44,785 nucleotides of DNA from a virus (lineage: Duplodnaviria; Caudoviricetes), in IMG/VR virus record IMGVR_UViG_3300032143_000003, positions 1-44,785 of that record. One strand, 5' to 3'. The notes under the pieces were generated by a model that did not search any database, was not told the origin of the DNA, and was given only the letters and a program-made list of their open reading frames with translations. Positions 41,398 through 44,785 of the stretch are shown one piece after another; the first letter of the stretch is position 1, and every line of letters begins with the position of its first letter. The position numbers were made by a program, and so were the translations under genes.

Positions 41398-44300
41398 TAA
41401 TACTCCGAGTCTCCGTGAGCGATATTTCCGTGATCATTTACATGCGCGACGTCCTCGTGAATCACGTCCTCGTGGGCCGTATCGTCGTGGCCTCCGTCTG
41501 CGTGATAATCCCGATATGCCCGATCATAGTGCCTATCTTCGGGGGGGACATCCGTATGAGTATCCCCGTGGTTATTTGTATGGACATCCGTGTGGGAAGT
41601 GTTCGCATGGACGTCGGTATGGCGGGAATCCACGTAGGCGGTATTCGTGTGGCTGAGGTCCTCGTGGGGGCTGTTTTCATGGGGGACGTCCACGTAGGCG
41701 GAATCCCCGTGAGGCGTATCCGAATGGGAGTCCCTATGGGAATCATTATAAGAATCCCCGTGGGAATCGCGATAAGGAAGTCCTGTGTCGTCATCCACGT
41801 GGATGTCCTTATAGAAATCCTGGTGGGCCATATCCGAATGGGAATCGACATGAGGCGAATCCGAGTGGCCCGCCCCGTCCGTATGGGGGATATCCTCGTG
41901 GGGGTTATCCGAATGGCCGGCGTTCCCGTGGGCCGTATCCGTGTATGCGGCATCCCCGTGGGTGTCCGTGTGTTCAATATCTGTGTGGGCATCGTTGTGG
42001 ACATCGACATGAGCGTGATCATCATAGGGGTTATCGCTATAACTGTTGGAATGGACGACATCGGCATGCTTGTCGCCGTGATCCCCGTCACCATGCTCAT
42101 CCACGTGAAGGACATCCGTATGGCTGTCGCTGTGGGTGTCCACATGGGAGATGTTATTGTGCATCGCGCCCGTGCTCTGAATGTCCAGGACGGCCTCGAC
42201 TTCGACGGTCGCCGGCCCGGCGTTCTTGACCAGCGTCAGCGCCCGATAGACTTCTTCGGCAAGGATGGTCTGGGTGACGCCTTCGCCGTCTCGGATAGAT
42301 TTGGACACGAAGATTTTCTCGGCCGGCCGATGGCCCAGTAGCAAAGCCGGGACGGTCCCCAATACTCGCTTCTCCGGCGAACGGATGATGTTCAGATAAA
42401 ACTGTCCCAGCGTCGCCGAATCGGAAGCGACCGTCAGTAAGGTCTCTTTCTCTAAAATTTCCGCTTGGTCATAGCGATACCCGATATTCGCATCCGTCAC
42501 CTTTTCCGCCAGCCAGTTCTTAGTCGTGGGATCCTGGCCGTATTTTATGATCACGGTCTTTCGGACCGGGGCCGTGTCATACCTCAGGGCGAATGATGCG
42601 AAGTCATGTTGGTCGATGCGGACTTCGCTCCCCGTCGTCCCGACCGCATAACGGAACGCGCCGAAGGTCCTGTTGGCGAGCGGAATGAGATGAAACACGT
42701 TCGAGTCCTGGATTTTCCGAACGAAATCCAGCACCGGGGCTTGGTCCGTCAGGTAGGCGGCCAACGGCTGAATCCGGTTGGCCTGAAGGTCCAGAAACGA
42801 TACCAAGTCAATCTGGCTTTTCGGGATGGCAGGCGAGTTGAACGTCGTCAGGGCCGCGAATAAAATGTCCGCGCCGACGGCGCTGTAGGTCCCGTCCTGG
42901 ATTTTGCACTTGGCGCCCTTCGCCTTGCAGGTGATGACGCCGTTCTCCGGGTCCGCGACGAGCGTGAATTCCCCGTTGGCCAGGTCAACCGTATAGTCCG
43001 TGGTCAGGGTGAGCGTGACGCCATCCTTGTAGACCGCGCTGATCTCCTCAAGTTCATGGCCCGCAATCTTATATTTCCAGATCGTCGTGTCGATACAGAT
43101 AGGCGTGATGTTGTCGAGCTCGCCAAAAAGGATTGGGATAGCCCTCGCCTTCTTTACCTCTTCCGGGTCCATGTTCGGATAGGTCGTCAGATCAAAGAGG
43201 ACTGACGGGATGGACCCGAATAGCCCCTCCCGCGCGTCCACGACCTCGAAGGTCGCCTCCCGGTCCGTTACGACCGGACGACTCGTCCGGCCCCAGAAGA
43301 GCGTCCCGAGTTCCGAATAATCCGAGTCGATGGCCCCGGCCTTCAGCCAGAACTTCTTCAGGTGCCAGATATAATCGACGAGTGCTTCATACCACCAGCC
43401 GTCATTCCCGTATCGGATTTCTCCCGCAGAGAACACGACATCCCCGATGTAATAATCCCCGACGCTCTGTGTGATTTGCGGCGCTCCACCCTGCGGGATA
43501 ATGGCCCGGTAGGGCATAGGCTTCAGAATTCTGATGAGTGAACAGTCATCCAAGTAAAAACTATAAACCTCGCCCCGGTCCACTGTCCCCGTCTTGACGA
43601 TGAACTTATAATTCGAATAACCATCATCTGCCGGGAAGTCGACTGCAACTTCGGTCCAGCCCGCGCTCGTGATGCCCGAGGCCTCATTGTAAGTTTCCGC
43701 GCCCCACGTTTCGGCTGTGGCGTTATACCAGACATTCCCGGCGCTATCCTGGATGCCCCACTTTACCATCACGCCCGGCGAGGCGACCGTGCTTTTCAGC
43801 CGGAACCTCGATCGGCATTTGCACTCCGGCCGTAGGATGATCCCGGTTTGAGAAAGGGAAAGCGCTCCGGTATGGGCCGACGGAAGATACATCTTGTCGA
43901 TATAAAACGTATTGGCCGCACCCGCATTGACGACCGTAATGATGATTGTATCTATCGCGTCCTTGTTCGCGTTCGAGACGCCGGAGATGTCCCAGGTGAT
44001 GGTCTGCCAGGTATCGGCCGCGACGATGTTCGGCGTCGTCTCCGTCGTCGTCCCGCCGCTGTCGTGGATTCCGACCTTGATATTCGAGCCGGTCCGCGAG
44101 GCCCGGATATCGAATTTGATGGTGTTGATGTCCGTCAGATTAATGGGCGTTGAAATCGTCCGGATCAGGGTCTTGTTCAGGCTCGTCGCGATGAGCGCGA
44201 CGCCTTTTAAGGAATAATCGCCCTCTTGCTTGATGGCGGCTTCCGAATAGGACTCCAAAGACGGGATATCCGCGATCCGGATGATGACGATGCCCTTGCC

Positions 44301-44785
44301 GCCCTTGCCGCCTGCGCCATCCCTCCTCGCTCCGCCGCCTCCGCCGCCCGTGTTGGGTGTCCCGGAGTTAGCCGCTCCCGTCGATGCACTACCGTTGCCT
44401 CCACCGCCGAGGCCGCCAAGTCCGGCCGTGACCTTCGCTCCTCCGCCTCCGCCTCCGCTATAATAAGAGCCGAAATACTCCAGGCCGTCGCCGCCCTTGC
44501 CGCCTATCGAGGGCTCTACCCCATCAGCCCCGGCTTCGTCAGCTCCGCCTCCGCCGCCACCGGCGTAATAGGCGTGGGTATTTGCCGGCTCGGAATCCCC
44601 GCCATCGTGGCCCTGACCCACCGTGCCGACACCGCCGGCCGCGCTTTCTTTCAGACCGCCGCCTCCGCCCGACCCGCCGGGCTTACCGGGCTTTATGTAG
44701 CCGCCTCCAGCTCCGCCGCCGATAGCCGTCATCGTGCCGAATACGGAATCTTCCCCGTCATCTCCCCAGCCATACCGGTCCCCTT
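41397..44785 (-). CDS. 3' part of the large tail-tip protein: Gly-rich domain, CBM-like domains, tail-hub-like region, C-terminal [H/Y]x[D/N] repeats
   Basis: Track ORF of 1111 aa continues the frame from 1004; AIPILFGE hub-like motif; located after the distal-tail-like gene. Confidence 0.9.
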   Translation of the reverse strand, partial: GDRYGWGDDGEDSVFGTMTAIGGGAGGGYIKPGKPGGSGGGGGLKESAAGGVGTVGQGHDGGDSEPANTHAYYAGGGGGGADEAGADGVEPSIGGKGGDGLEYFGSYYSGGGGGGAKVTAGLGGLGGGGNGSASTGAANSGTPNTGGGGGGARRDGAGGKGGKGIVIIRIADIPSLESYSEAAIKQEGDYSLKGVALIATSLNKTLIRTISTPINLTDINTIKFDIRASRTGSNIKVGIHDSGGTTTETTPNIVAADTWQTITWDISGVSNANKDAIDTIIITVVNAGAANTFYIDKMYLPSAHTGALSLSQTGIILRPECKCRSRFRLKSTVASPGVMVKWGIQDSAGNVWYNATAETWGAETYNEASGITSAGWTEVAVDFPADDGYSNYKFIVKTGTVDRGEVYSFYLDDCSLIRILKPMPYRAIIPQGGAPQITQSVGDYYIGDVVFSAGEIRYGNDGWWYEALVDYIWHLKKFWLKAGAIDSDYSELGTLFWGRTSRPVVTDREATFEVVDAREGLFGSIPSVLFDLTTYPNMDPEEVKKARAIPILFGELDNITPICIDTTIWKYKIAGHELEEISAVYKDGVTLTLTTDYTVDLANGEFTLVADPENGVITCKAKGAKCKIQDGTYSAVGADILFAALTTFNSPAIPKSQIDLVSFLDLQANRIQPLAAYLTDQAPVLDFVRKIQDSNVFHLIPLANRTFGAFRYAVGTTGSEVRIDQHDFASFALRYDTAPVRKTVIIKYGQDPTTKNWLAEKVTDANIGYRYDQAEILEKETLLTVASDSATLGQFYLNIIRSPEKRVLGTVPALLLGHRPAEKIFVSKSIRDGEGVTQTILAEEVYRALTLVKNAGPATVEVEAVLDIQSTGAMHNNISHVDTHSDSHTDVLHVDEHGDGDHGDKHADVVHSNSYSDNPYDDHAHVDVHNDAHTDIEHTDTHGDAAYTDTAHGNAGHSDNPHEDIPHTDGAGHSDSPHVDSHSDMAHQDFYKDIHVDDDTGLPYRDSHGDSYNDSHRDSHSDTPHGDSAYVDVPHENSPHEDLSHTNTAYVDSRHTDVHANTSHTDVHTNNHGDTHTDVPPEDRHYDRAYRDYHADGGHDDTAHEDVIHEDVAHVNDHGNIAHGDSEY
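41400..42161 (-). repeat. Coding repeat region with about 53 [H/Y]-x-[D/N] motifs
   Basis: HVDTHSDSHTDVLHVDEHGDGDHGDKHAD...HEDVIHEDVAHVNDHGNIAHGDSEY; hand count 44 His-type and 9 Tyr-type. Confidence 0.95.
44659..44785. repeat. Terminal direct repeat (circular assembly overlap), copy 2
   Basis: Identical to 1-127. Confidence 0.97.

Noticed and set aside
41415-42341. Long plus-strand ORF (308 aa) and alternative-frame ORF 41462..42145
   Set aside because: These are shadows of the low-complexity His/Asp repeat, with no RBS or operon context

Overview
The window is a complete, circularly assembled temperate siphovirus genome of about 44,658 bp. Bases 1-127 are repeated exactly at 44659-44785. 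The minus strand carries an early/replication block (34984 down to 26677) and then a long late block: lysis and accessory genes, terminase, portal-MuF fusion, HK97-type protease and capsid, neck, a fibre/glycosyltransferase/methyltransferase insert, two paralogous tail-tube genes, a frameshifted tail chaperone, tape measure and tail-tip genes. The late block wraps through the origin to a terminator at about 37760. The plus strand carries a repressor, a lipoprotein, a tyrosine integrase and an attP whose core matches the 3' end of a tRNA (probably tRNA-Leu). The standout observation is at the end of the tail module. A 1421-aa tail-tip protein spanning the origin ends in about 255 aa containing about 53 [H/Y]-x-[D/N] motifs. 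It is translationally coupled to a radical SAM/SPASM enzyme that has its own HxD tail, followed by a Cys/His-motif (DUF483-like) protein. I infer a phage-encoded, RiPP-like system that post-translationally modifies a virion tail protein, possibly by cyclophane crosslinking. All calls come from motif reading by eye; no database searches were run.
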